DNA of 32,000 nt, taken from positions 150,001-182,000 of the forward strand of contig NZ_OZ034981.1 of the NCBI RefSeq assembly GCF_964030875.1. Direction: 5' to 3'. The notes under the pieces are model-generated. The model saw only the letters and a list, made by a program, of their open reading frames with translations. It was not told the DNA's origin and did not search any database. Below, in pieces: positions 11,732 to 20,172 of this stretch (position 1 is the first letter of the stretch; each line of letters begins with the position of its first letter). Source of the DNA: Candidatus Saccharimonadota bacterium (GTDB lineage Bacteria > Bacteroidota > Bacteroidia > Flavobacteriales > Blattabacteriaceae). The translations under genes and the position numbers were made by a program.

Positions 11732-12526
11732 ATGAATATTTACAGTAATAAAAATTTTAAAATAAAAAGTCTATTGAGATTACAAAAAAAATCCGGACTT
11801 CGTATAGAGCAACATATTATTATTGTAGAAGGCCTAAGAGAAATTGAAAAAGCGTTACAAGGAAATTATCAACCTAAAGAAATTTTTATCTGTAAAGATA
11901 TTACTGAAAAGATAAATGTTCTACAACATTTTCCTAGAATTATAGAAATTAGCCGTAAAGTTTTTGAACAAATTGCTTATAGAAAAAAAAGCGGAGGATT
12001 AATAGGTATTTTTTATCGGCACGCTATTAAATTGGATAATTTTAATATAAGCAAGGCATTATTTTTGCTAATTCTTGATGGTATTGAAAAACCTGGAAAT
12101 TTAGGCGCTATTTTTAGAAGTGCTGAAGCTATAGATTTAGATGGTATTATACTTTATAAATCTAAAACAGATCTTTTTCATCCCAATGTAATACGAGCAA
12201 GCTTAGGAACAGTATTTACCCAAAAAATAATAGAAATAGCACCTTCAAAATTCTTTTTTTGGATAAAAAAAAATAAGGTCCAACTTATAGTTTCTTCACT
12301 TAGAAATGATGCGACTAATTTATATAATAGTGATTTAAGATCAAAAATTGCTGTTGTGATAGGATCAGAATCTTTTGGGGCTTCAAAAGAAATAATTAAA
12401 GCATCCGATCAAATATTAAAAATTCCTATGCGGGGAAATATTGATTCATTAAATGTAAGTAATGCTGCAGCTGTAATCCTTTTTGAGGCCTTTCGTCAGC
12501 GTTTATATGTATTACACTCGTTGTAA
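11732..12526 (+). CDS. SpoU/TrmH-family RNA 2'-O-methyltransferase
   Basis: SpoU motifs LILDGIEKPGNLGAIFRSAEA, VVIGSESFGAS, IPMRGNIDSLNVSNAAAVILFE. Substrate not assignable from sequence. Confidence 0.85.
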   Translation: MNIYSNKNFKIKSLLRLQKKSGLRIEQHIIIVEGLREIEKALQGNYQPKEIFICKDITEKINVLQHFPRIIEISRKVFEQIAYRKKSGGLIGIFYRHAIKLDNFNISKALFLLILDGIEKPGNLGAIFRSAEAIDLDGIILYKSKTDLFHPNVIRASLGTVFTQKIIEIAPSKFFFWIKKNKVQLIVSSLRNDATNLYNSDLRSKIAVVIGSESFGASKEIIKASDQILKIPMRGNIDSLNVSNAAAVILFEAFRQRLYVLHSL

Positions 12527-12547
12527 TACTAAAACAACTACAACTAA

Positions 12548-12901
12548 ATGAAAAATCATTTTATAGAACTTTACAACAATGGCTATTCTGTACAAACGAA
12601 TGGATTAAAAATTATTTTTCTACAAAAAACAGATCTATTTTTTTTCTACAAAATTTGTGTATATGTTCCGAAAAAATTTATTAAAAGCGCAGTAAAAAGA
12701 AATCTAGTTAAACGAAGAATCATAAACGCCTATATCCGAAAGTTTTTAAAAAAAAATGGGCAAACCTCTTATTTAATATTAATTCTTTGGATGAAGAAAG
12801 AACTGACGAAAGTTCAGGAAATAGAAATGTATATTAATATAGAAAAAATCTTTTACTTCTTTTTATTAGGAACCCACATGATAAAAACCAAACAATATTA
12901 A
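12548..12901 (+). CDS. rnpA: Ribonuclease P protein component
   Basis: Basic RNR-type motif KKFIKSAVKRNLVKRRIINAYI at the expected position of a ~115-aa protein. Otherwise divergent. Confidence 0.7.
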   Translation: MKNHFIELYNNGYSVQTNGLKIIFLQKTDLFFFYKICVYVPKKFIKSAVKRNLVKRRIINAYIRKFLKKNGQTSYLILILWMKKELTKVQEIEMYINIEKIFYFFLLGTHMIKTKQY

Positions 12902-12952
12902 AAAAATTGAATAGTACTAATAAACGCACCTTGTACTCTCTTTATAGTAATA

Positions 12953-13069
12953 CTATATTTTTTTTTTTCTCTTTTTAAGACGTTTTATATTTTTTGGGCT
13001 CAACCGAGTGTTACCATAAGTACCTCTATTAATTTTTCCACGACGTGTTTTTTTATCTCCCTTTCCCAT
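12953..13069 (-). CDS. 30S ribosomal protein THX (bTHX), 38 aa; below the ORF-track length cutoff
   Basis: Manual translation from ATG at 13069: MGKGDKKTRRGKINRGTYGNTRLSPKNIKRLKKRKKKI*. This matches the THX signature MGKGDKKT+RGK. The 3' end contains an A11 run (12958-12968 on the + strand as T11). Confidence 0.8.
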   Translation of the reverse strand: MGKGDKKTRRGKINRGTYGNTRLSPKNIKRLKKRKKKI

Positions 13070-13132
13070 GTTATATGTATTTTTTTTATAGTCTAAATAT
13101 AACAAAGTTATTCTTAAAATCGTGAACTAAGG

Positions 13133-14359
13133 TTAAATAAACAACATTTCGCAGGCTTTAGTAAGATACTCACAAAGTTTTTCAGCTTCTTCTATGGTAT
13201 TATAAACAGCAAAACTAGCTCTAATGGTTCCAATTGTTCCTAAAGCTTTCATAAGTGGTTGGGCACAATGATGACCAGTGCGTACTGCAATTCCCATTCT
13301 ATCTAGAAGACTACCTATATCAAACGGGTGTACTCCAGATAAATTAAAAGATACGATAGTTGAACGTGGTGCAGTATCTGCATACTGGTAAATACCATTT
13401 AATGAATTTAAATGACGACTTACTTCTTTTAGAAGATAATCTTCGTAAGATTTAATCCTGTCCAGACCGATATTTTCTATAAAAAATAATGCGCTTTCCC
13501 AAGCAATAATTCCAGCAATATTTGGTGTTCCAGCTTCGAATTTAAAAGGTAATTCAGCATAAATAGTTTGATCAAAATTTACCTCTTTAATCATTTCACC
13601 TCCTCCTTGCCAAGGAGAGAATTTTTCAAGCAAATTCTTTTTTCCATATAATACTCCTGTCCCTGTAGGACCATACATTTTATGAGCCGAAAAAGCATAA
13701 AAGTCAACATCTAAATCTTGGACATCTATTTGAGTATGTGCAAGTGCTTGAGCTCCATCAATAAAGACCCAAGCACCTTGATTATGTACTTTTTGGATAA
13801 TTTTTTTTATCGGATTTATTACTCCTAACACATTAGAAATGTGATTTAGAGAAACGATACGCGTTCGTTCAGTTAAAAGTCTATCTAAGACTTCTATACA
13901 TAAACAACCATTTGGATCTATTGGAATAATATTCAAATGGGCGTTTTTGCGTTGGCATAACATTTGCCATGGTACAATATTAGAGTGATGCTCAAGTTCT
14001 GAAAGTATAATATCATCTCCTTCATGTATAAAATCATTCATAGCGTACGCTATTAAATTAATAGATTCAGTTGTACCCTTAGTAAATATTATTTCCTGCA
14101 CACTAAAAGAATTGATAAATCTGTGTATATGCTCACGACTTCTCTCCATAGCTTCTGTAGCCACTTGACTCATATAGTGAATCCCACGATGCACATTAGA
14201 ATTCATTGTGCTATAATATTTATTTATAGCACTGATAACTTCCATCGGTTTTTGAGTGGTGGCTGCGTTGTCTAAATATATCCAAGGGTGATCATAGACT
14301 TTCTTAGAAAGAATCGGAAAATTTTTTCTGATGTCACGTATTTCTGATGGTGATAACAT
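13133..14359 (-). CDS. sufS: Cysteine desulfurase SufS (class V aminotransferase)
   Basis: YLDNAATTQKP, ELEHHSNIVPW, PLP-lysine context FSAHKMYGPTGTGVLYG, catalytic Cys context VRTGHHCAQP. Confidence 0.95.
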   Translation of the reverse strand: MLSPSEIRDIRKNFPILSKKVYDHPWIYLDNAATTQKPMEVISAINKYYSTMNSNVHRGIHYMSQVATEAMERSREHIHRFINSFSVQEIIFTKGTTESINLIAYAMNDFIHEGDDIILSELEHHSNIVPWQMLCQRKNAHLNIIPIDPNGCLCIEVLDRLLTERTRIVSLNHISNVLGVINPIKKIIQKVHNQGAWVFIDGAQALAHTQIDVQDLDVDFYAFSAHKMYGPTGTGVLYGKKNLLEKFSPWQGGGEMIKEVNFDQTIYAELPFKFEAGTPNIAGIIAWESALFFIENIGLDRIKSYEDYLLKEVSRHLNSLNGIYQYADTAPRSTIVSFNLSGVHPFDIGSLLDRMGIAVRTGHHCAQPLMKALGTIGTIRASFAVYNTIEEAEKLCEYLTKACEMLFI

Positions 14360-14367
14360 TCTGAGGT

Positions 14368-15675
14368 TTATAAATAAAAATTAAGATAGACATTCATTTT
14401 TTTACTTATGATTTCATAAATATGTTTCTTTAGTTTTGGAATAGGAATATGTTCTAACACCTCTTGAACAAAAGCAAACATCAATTGTGCACGAGCCTCT
14501 TTTTCCGAAATACCACGTGAACGAAAATAAAAAATAGCTTGTTCGTTAAACTTACCAATAGTACAACCGTGTGAGCATAGGACATCGTCGGCAAAAATTT
14601 CAAGGTGAGGCTTTGTCTTTACAGAAGTTTTTCTGGAGAGTAAAATATTGTTATTCCGTTGAAAAGCATCAGTTTTTTTTGCTTCTTTACGAACTATTAT
14701 TTTTCCATTAAAAACACCTTTAGCTTTATCATCAAATATACCTTTGTAGATTTCATTACTTTTACCATTAGGATAAGCATGTTCTATTACAGTATGATGA
14801 TCCACCAAAATTTTTCCATGAAGAATACTAATACCATTAAGTTTTGAACAGACTTTTGAATCACGTTGATAAATATGTAAATTGTTCCTAACTAGTTTTC
14901 CTCCAAAAGAAAAAGTACTTATAGAACACTTGCTTTTAAACTTTTGATAAATAAACGTCTGATCTATTAAAGAAGATTTAGAAATCTCATTCTGTATTTT
15001 AAAATATTCTAAATGACTATGAGTATCCGTATATATCTCTGTTACAGAATTGCTTAATGGAATATCTGATCCTAATGTATAATGTTTTTCTATAATTTCT
15101 GCGTAAGATCCTTTTCCTAAAATTACCAAGTTTCGAGGAAAAATAAGTGTATAGTGGGAATCTACCCCACTAGAAAAGTATACTAGTTGGATCGGATGTT
15201 CTACTCTTAGACCATCTGGTATGTGTATATAGGCCACATCTTGGGCTAAAGCGGTATTCAGAGCATTGAATCCATCTTGCGATGAAGAAAGTTTAGCATA
15301 ATAAGCTATAATATAAACATATTTTTCTGGAGAAAGTCCATGAGAAAAAACACAAATGTTTTTGTATCGTTGTGTGGGTTTGGAAAACCGTGCACTATAC
15401 ACCCCATTTACGAATACTAATCGGTAACTATCAGTAGTATATAATAAATGAGGCTGTATATCTTTCCATTCTATAGAAGTATTATGAGAAAACATATAAT
15501 CACGATTTAATAATGGGATGTTCCATGCTTCAATCGTGGTAAATACTTTTTTTTTTAATGTTTTTATAGCGTCAAAACGAAGTGTATGAAAATATTCATG
15601 CCAAGGTATTTTCTTCTTGAAATAAGAAGAGATAATCTTTTTTTTTATATCTATCATTAATGAGTTTTTATCCAA
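14368..15675 (-). CDS. sufD: Fe-S cluster assembly protein SufD
   Basis: Position between sufC and sufS. C-terminal block HLEIFADDVLCSHGCTIGKFNEQAIFYFRSRGISEKEARAQL is SufD/SufB-family typical. Start is ambiguous: ATG at 15675 overlaps sufC by 19 nt, while ATG at 15657 gives a TAATG 1-nt overlap. Confidence 0.9.
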   Translation of the reverse strand: MDKNSLMIDIKKKIISSYFKKKIPWHEYFHTLRFDAIKTLKKKVFTTIEAWNIPLLNRDYMFSHNTSIEWKDIQPHLLYTTDSYRLVFVNGVYSARFSKPTQRYKNICVFSHGLSPEKYVYIIAYYAKLSSSQDGFNALNTALAQDVAYIHIPDGLRVEHPIQLVYFSSGVDSHYTLIFPRNLVILGKGSYAEIIEKHYTLGSDIPLSNSVTEIYTDTHSHLEYFKIQNEISKSSLIDQTFIYQKFKSKCSISTFSFGGKLVRNNLHIYQRDSKVCSKLNGISILHGKILVDHHTVIEHAYPNGKSNEIYKGIFDDKAKGVFNGKIIVRKEAKKTDAFQRNNNILLSRKTSVKTKPHLEIFADDVLCSHGCTIGKFNEQAIFYFRSRGISEKEARAQLMFAFVQEVLEHIPIPKLKKHIYEIISKKMNVYLNFYL

Positions 15676-16400
15676 TCATAACCTTTTTTTTCTAGTTCCA
15701 TCGTCAGTTTTTTGTCCCCTGATTTAACTATTTGACCTTGGTATAATACATGAACATAATCTGGAACAATATACTGCAAAATCCGATTATAATGCGTAAT
15801 TATTAAAAGAGCATTTTCCCTATTTTTTAGGCTATTTATTCCATTAGCTACTATTCTGAGTGCATCAATATCCAGTCCGGAGTCTGTTTCATCAAGAATA
15901 GCCAATTTAGGTTCTAACATAGCCATTTGAAAAATTTCTGTTAGTTTTTTTTCTCCTCCTGAGAAACCCTCGTTGATAGAACGATAAAGTAAATTTTTGT
16001 CTATTCCTAAAAGGGTAGAGTTTTTATGAATTTTCTTTAGCATCTCAGTAGCAGTCATCTCTTCCAATCCCTTAGCTTCCCTAAAGGAGTTTATAGCTGT
16101 CCTAATAAAATTTGTTATAGACACTCCTGGTATTTCTATCGGATATTGAAAAGAAAGGAATATACCTAAATGAGCACGCTTTTCTGGGGAATATTTTAAC
16201 AGATTTTTTCCTTCGAAAAATATGCTTCCATGAGTTACTTCGTAACCTTCTTTTCCAGCAATAATAGAAGATAGCGTACTTTTTCCCGAACCATTAGGTC
16301 CCATAATGGCATGAATTTCTCCTTTCTTAATTTTCAAATTTATTCCTCTAAGAATCTTTTTTTCTTTTATCCGAACATGAAGATCAATGATATTTAACAT
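15657..16400 (-). CDS. sufC: Fe-S cluster assembly ATPase SufC
   Basis: Walker A GPNGSGKST, signature FSGGEKK, Walker B AILDETDSGLD, ITHY. Confidence 0.95.
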   Translation of the reverse strand: MLNIIDLHVRIKEKKILRGINLKIKKGEIHAIMGPNGSGKSTLSSIIAGKEGYEVTHGSIFFEGKNLLKYSPEKRAHLGIFLSFQYPIEIPGVSITNFIRTAINSFREAKGLEEMTATEMLKKIHKNSTLLGIDKNLLYRSINEGFSGGEKKLTEIFQMAMLEPKLAILDETDSGLDIDALRIVANGINSLKNRENALLIITHYNRILQYIVPDYVHVLYQGQIVKSGDKKLTMELEKKGYDWIKTH

Positions 16401-16435
16401 AATTACAGAATCTTACTATACTCTTGATTAGAGAA

Positions 16436-17872
16436 CTATCCGACTGATCCTTCTAAAGAAATTTCTAATAGTTTTTTGGCTTCCACAGAAAATTCCATAG
16501 GCAATTTATTAAGTACTTCTTTGCTAAAACCGTTAACGATAAGGGCTATAGCCTTTTCTTTATTTATTCCTCTTTGATTGCAAAAAAAAATCTGATCTTC
16601 TCCAATTTTCGATGTGGTAGCTTCATGTTCTATCTTTGCAGAAGGATTGTTCACTTCGATATAAGGGAAGGTGTGGGCTCCGCATTTATTTCCAATAAGT
16701 AGTGAATCACATTGAGAAAAATTTCTTGCATTTTCCGCTTGTTGGGAAACCTTTACTAATCCTCGATAACTATTTTGTGATTTTCCGTCAGAAATTCCTT
16801 TCGAAATAATGGTACTTTTTGTATTATTCCCAATATGGATCATCTTAGTTCCGGTATCTGCTTGTTGAAAATTTTTTGTCACAGCTACTGAATAAAATTC
16901 TCCCATTGAATAATCTCCTTGCAAAATGCAAGATGGATATTTCCACGTTACGGAAGAACCAGTTTCTACTTGCGTCCAGGAAATTTTAGATCGGGTTTCG
17001 CAAATTCCCCTTTTCGTGACAAAGTTATAAACTCCTCCCTTTCCGTCTTTATCTCCAGGAAACCAATTTTGCACTGTCGAATATTTAATTTCAGCATCTT
17101 CTAACGAAATAAGTTCTACGACGGCAGCATGTAACTGATTTTCCTCTCGTCTTGAAGCAGTACATCCTTCCAAATAACTGACATAAGCCCCTTTACCAGC
17201 GATAACTAATGTCCGTTCAAATTGTCCAGTCCCTTCTTCGTTAATACGGAAATAAGTAGAAAGTTCCATTGGACAATGAACTCCATCTGGTATATAACAA
17301 AACGAACCATCAGAAAATACTGCAGAATTTAACGCGGCATAGAAATTATCTCTTATTGGTACTACCGTTCCAATGTATTTCCTTACTAATTCAGGATACT
17401 TATGTATAGCTTCATTTATTGAACAAAAAATAATACCTTTTTTTGATAAAGTTTTTTTGAAAGTAGTCGTTACAGATATAGAGTCTATTACTACATCTAG
17501 AGCAACTCCCGCCATATACTTTTGTTCTGAAAGAGGAATTCCAAGTTTATTAAAAGTTTCTAATAAATAAGAATCCACTTTATCCAAACTATTGACAGTA
17601 GTTTTTCTTTTAGGAGCAGAATAATAACTAATATCTTGATAATTAAGTTTTTGATATTTAATCTTAGCCCATTCAGGCTCTTTCATTTCTTTCCATATTT
17701 TAAAGGCCTCTAGTCGCCACTGCATCATCCAATTTGGCTCATCTCTTTTTTTTGAAAGAGAAACAATAACCTTTTCGTTGAGACCTTTAGGAAATTTATA
17801 AGAATCTAGTTGAGAATAAAAACCATACTTATATTCATATTCGGTAATCTTCTTAAGAAGGTCTTGTTTCAT
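16436..17872 (-). CDS. sufB: Fe-S cluster assembly scaffold protein SufB (478 aa from the ATG at 17872)
   Basis: Full-length SufB pattern: [64 protein letters not shown] prefer ATG 17872 (MKQDLLKK...) over the track start at 17917. The upstream 15 codons overlap the 3' end of the sufA relic, whose TAA stop ends 1 nt before this ATG. Confidence 0.95.
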   Translation of the reverse strand: MKQDLLKKITEYEYKYGFYSQLDSYKFPKGLNEKVIVSLSKKRDEPNWMMQWRLEAFKIWKEMKEPEWAKIKYQKLNYQDISYYSAPKRKTTVNSLDKVDSYLLETFNKLGIPLSEQKYMAGVALDVVIDSISVTTTFKKTLSKKGIIFCSINEAIHKYPELVRKYIGTVVPIRDNFYAALNSAVFSDGSFCYIPDGVHCPMELSTYFRINEEGTGQFERTLVIAGKGAYVSYLEGCTASRREENQLHAAVVELISLEDAEIKYSTVQNWFPGDKDGKGGVYNFVTKRGICETRSKISWTQVETGSSVTWKYPSCILQGDYSMGEFYSVAVTKNFQQADTGTKMIHIGNNTKSTIISKGISDGKSQNSYRGLVKVSQQAENARNFSQCDSLLIGNKCGAHTFPYIEVNNPSAKIEHEATTSKIGEDQIFFCNQRGINKEKAIALIVNGFSKEVLNKLPMEFSVEAKKLLEISLEGSVG

Positions 17873-17873
17873 C

Positions 17874-18230
17874 TTAAGCGGAGAAACTCCTAACGCAACC
17901 ACAAGTACGTTCAGCATTCGGGTTGTAAAAACCTCTGCAACCTACAGATTTGATTTCTCCTTCCTTAAATACTTTGTCTTTAGATAAACCTTCTTCTGGC
18001 ATAAATTTTTTTTTATACAGAATAATCACTGTAGTGAGTATCTATATATACTATTTATCATAGAGAACTCAGAGAGAAAGTATAAACATATTGGGATGAA
18101 GTTAAATTATTTAGTTGCATCCTTTACACGAGCGTTCTAAGCCCAAGATGGGACTATAGCTTCAGTATAATTAACCTAATACATAAAGATTTGTTACGTT
18201 TCCCGGAGACCGCTTTACTATTTTTCCACA
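17874..18230 (-). pseudogene. sufA: Decayed A-type Fe-S carrier gene (SufA/IscA/ErpA, HesB family)
   Basis: A 42-codon ORF (18002->17874), [42 protein letters not shown], keeps the family C-terminus (F.NPNA...CGCG.SF) but has an internal deletion. Upstream, the same strand reads ...LGLRTLV*RMQLNNLTSSQYVYTFSL... in place of LR.GV..GGCSG..Y.F.L, so a stop is present and the first cluster Cys is lost. Confidence 0.7.
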
Positions 18231-18335
18231 ATTAGTTTATAGTAAAGCTATATCATTACGATTACTGTAGAATATTTTGGGGCAATCATATTCGTGTGAC
18301 GTTATATACCTGCGTTTGCGATAGACGTCGAAATT

Positions 18336-18456
18336 TAGACGTAACTTCTGTATTATCGCTAAGATAGACGTAACTTCTGTATTATCGCTAAGATAGACGT
18401 AACTTCTGTATTATCGCTAAGATAGACGTAACTTCTGTATTATCGCTAAGATAGAC
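18336..18456. repeat. 29-bp head-to-tail tandem array, 4 identical copies plus a 5-nt partial copy (unit tagacgtaacttctgtattatcgctaaga)
   Basis: Identical copies start at 18336, 18365, 18394 and 18423; the partial copy tagac is at 18452-18456. The unit encodes the LepA N-terminus RNFCIIA(K)ID just before the GTPase P-loop. The unit length is not a multiple of 3. Confidence 0.97.
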
Positions 18457-18489
18457 CATGGAAAGAGCACCTTGGCAGATCGTTTGCTA

Positions 18490-18519
18490 GAACGAACGGG
18501 ATGAGAACGAACGGGATGA
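18490..18519. repeat. 15-bp perfect tandem duplication (gaacgaacgggatga x2) inside the lepA relic
   Basis: Read directly at 18490-18504 and 18505-18519. It translates ERTG*ERTG* in the upstream lepA frame. Confidence 0.95.
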
Positions 18520-19449
18520 TAAAGAAAAACCAATTTCTTGATGACATGGACCTTGAACGATAACGTGGTATTACCATTAAAAGTCACGCTATTCAAATGA
18601 ATTATAAAGGAACCGATAACCTTATTGATACTCCTGGACATGTACCTCAGAAGTATCGCGATCCATTACGTGAAGGAGCTTTATTGATAGTGGATGCTGT
18701 GCAAAGCATCCAAGCCCAAACTATAAAATAATCCCTATACTTAATCAAATAGATTTCCCAGTATAGAATACTGAAAGAGTTATTGTCATAAATAATTTAT
18801 GCTAGCGCTAAAAAAAATATAGTAATTGAATACTATATCTCCATTACAAGCGTTGATTTTTGATTCGATCTATACGAGGAGTAGAGGCTTATTTTCGCGT
18901 TATGAATGGTGAAAAGGACAGAAGATAAAATTCATGGGAACTTAAAAAATTTGTTCTGTAGATGAAATTGGAATTTTTAAATAAATGGTACTGGAATAAG
19001 ATAGCCTACATTTCCAGGAATAAAAAATGTTTTAGAAATTAAAGTAGGTGATACTTTTACCTAAATTGATAATACAGCAAAAAATACAATAAAAGGGTTT
19101 AAAGAAGTAAAACCTATGGTATTTGCAGGAGTTTATCCAGTAGATAGTAAAGACTATGAAGAGTTGCGTACCTCCATTGAAAAATTACGATGTTTCTCTC
19201 ACTTTTATTCAAGAATATTCCATAGCTCTTGGTTTTCGATGCGGATTTTTAGGTATATGGAAATAAAACAAGATCGTTTGCATCGTGAAACAATTAAGGC
19301 ATTTAGAAAATATAGCTAAATGTTACGTAGTAGATATTTCACGAAAAAAAATGCGGAAAATTGAAATACCGCAATTTTATGACCATGCTTAAATTAGAGT
19401 ATTAAAAAAATAAAGTTGTATATTTATTATTTATTTTAATCCCCTTACC

Positions 19450-19764
19450 ATGTATGTCATTGTAGAGATAGCAGGGTTACAATATAAAGTTTACCAAGAC
19501 AGATTCGTATATATTCCTCGGTTAAAACAAAAAGAGGGAGAAAATGTAACTTTTAATCGAGTTCTTTTACTAGAGAGGTCTGGGTCTGTTACCATAGGTA
19601 CTCCATTTATAAAGAAAATACAAGTAATAGGAAAGGTCCTTTCGCATATTAAATCGGATAAAATCATAGTTTTTAAAAAAAAAAGAAGAAAAGGATATAA
19701 GATAAAACAGGGTCATAGACAGAAACTTACCAAATTAAAAATTATTTCCATCAATACTCAATAA
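19450..19764 (+). CDS. rplU: 50S ribosomal protein L21
   Basis: [14 protein letters not shown]... and a C-terminal [15 protein letters not shown] basic block. Followed by rpmA in the conserved pair. Confidence 0.95.
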   Translation: MYVIVEIAGLQYKVYQDRFVYIPRLKQKEGENVTFNRVLLLERSGSVTIGTPFIKKIQVIGKVLSHIKSDKIIVFKKKRRKGYKIKQGHRQKLTKLKIISINTQ

Positions 19765-19774
19765 ATATATTCTA

Positions 19775-20032
19775 ATGGCTCATAAAAAAGGAGTAGGAAG
19801 TTCAAAAAATGGACGAGACTCAGCAAGTAAACGATTAGGAATAAAAATCTTTGGAGGTCAAAAGGTACAGCCTGGTAATATTATTGTTCGTCAAAGAGGA
19901 ACTAAACACCGGCCTGGGAATCTAGTTTTTATGGGTAAAGATCATACTTTACACGCTGCAGAATTCGGATTAGTGAAGTTTTATAAAAAAAAAGGAAATT
20001 CATACGTGTCTGTCATTAAAATGGATAAATAA
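19775..20032 (+). CDS. rpmA: 50S ribosomal protein L27
   Basis: [29 protein letters not shown]...IVRQRGTK signature. Confidence 0.95.
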   Translation: MAHKKGVGSSKNGRDSASKRLGIKIFGGQKVQPGNIIVRQRGTKHRPGNLVFMGKDHTLHAAEFGLVKFYKKKGNSYVSVIKMDK

Positions 20033-20044
20033 AAATCCATCAAT

Positions 20045-20118
20045 TACTGGGTAGCTCAGAAGGATAGAGCAATAGTTTCCTAAACTATTTGTCGCGGGTT
20101 AGAATCCCGCCCTGGTTG
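20045..20118 (+). tRNA. tRNA-Arg (anticodon CCU) with a weak acceptor stem
   Basis: tactggg-ta-gctc-agaaggata-gagc-a-atagt-ttcctaa-actat-ttgtc-gcggg-ttagaat-cccgc-cctggtt-g. D, anticodon and T arms are perfect. The acceptor has U1:U72 unpaired plus two G-U pairs. Confidence 0.75.
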
Positions 20119-20172
20119 CAGTTTAAATATTTTTTCCCATTGTTTCACGTAACAAATATACTTAATAATTAT

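Larger units (their letters stand above)
18330..19319 (+). pseudogene. lepA: Decayed and 3'-truncated elongation factor 4 gene
   Basis: Colinear LepA blocks broken by stops and frameshifts. RRNFCIIAKIDHGKSTLADRLLERTG*; [24 protein letters not shown]...NLIDTPGHV; [18 protein letters not shown]; KGQKIKFMGT*KICSVDEIGIF; [24 protein letters not shown]...[12 protein letters not shown] (ORF 19116..19319). About 1.0 kb remains of ~1.8 kb expected, and everything after roughly residue 300 is gone. Confidence 0.9.

Noticed and set aside
18336-18456. Regularly spaced 29-bp repeats that could superficially suggest a CRISPR array
   Set aside because: The copies are directly abutting with no spacers, they are not palindromic, they lie inside lepA coding sequence, and there are no cas genes in the window. 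This is a tandem duplication, not CRISPR.
18417-18641. 74-aa minus-strand ORF across the lepA repeat region
   Set aside because: It is antisense to clear lepA remnants. Its HPVRSHPVRS repeat is just the reverse translation of the 15-bp duplication.
20089-20172. Upstream extension of serS (track start 20089); likewise sufB start at 17917 and leuB start at 30361
   Set aside because: The extensions run through tRNA-Arg, the sufA relic and the leuD 3' end respectively, and add non-conserved leaders. Internal ATGs at 20173, 17872 and 30316 give canonical N-termini.
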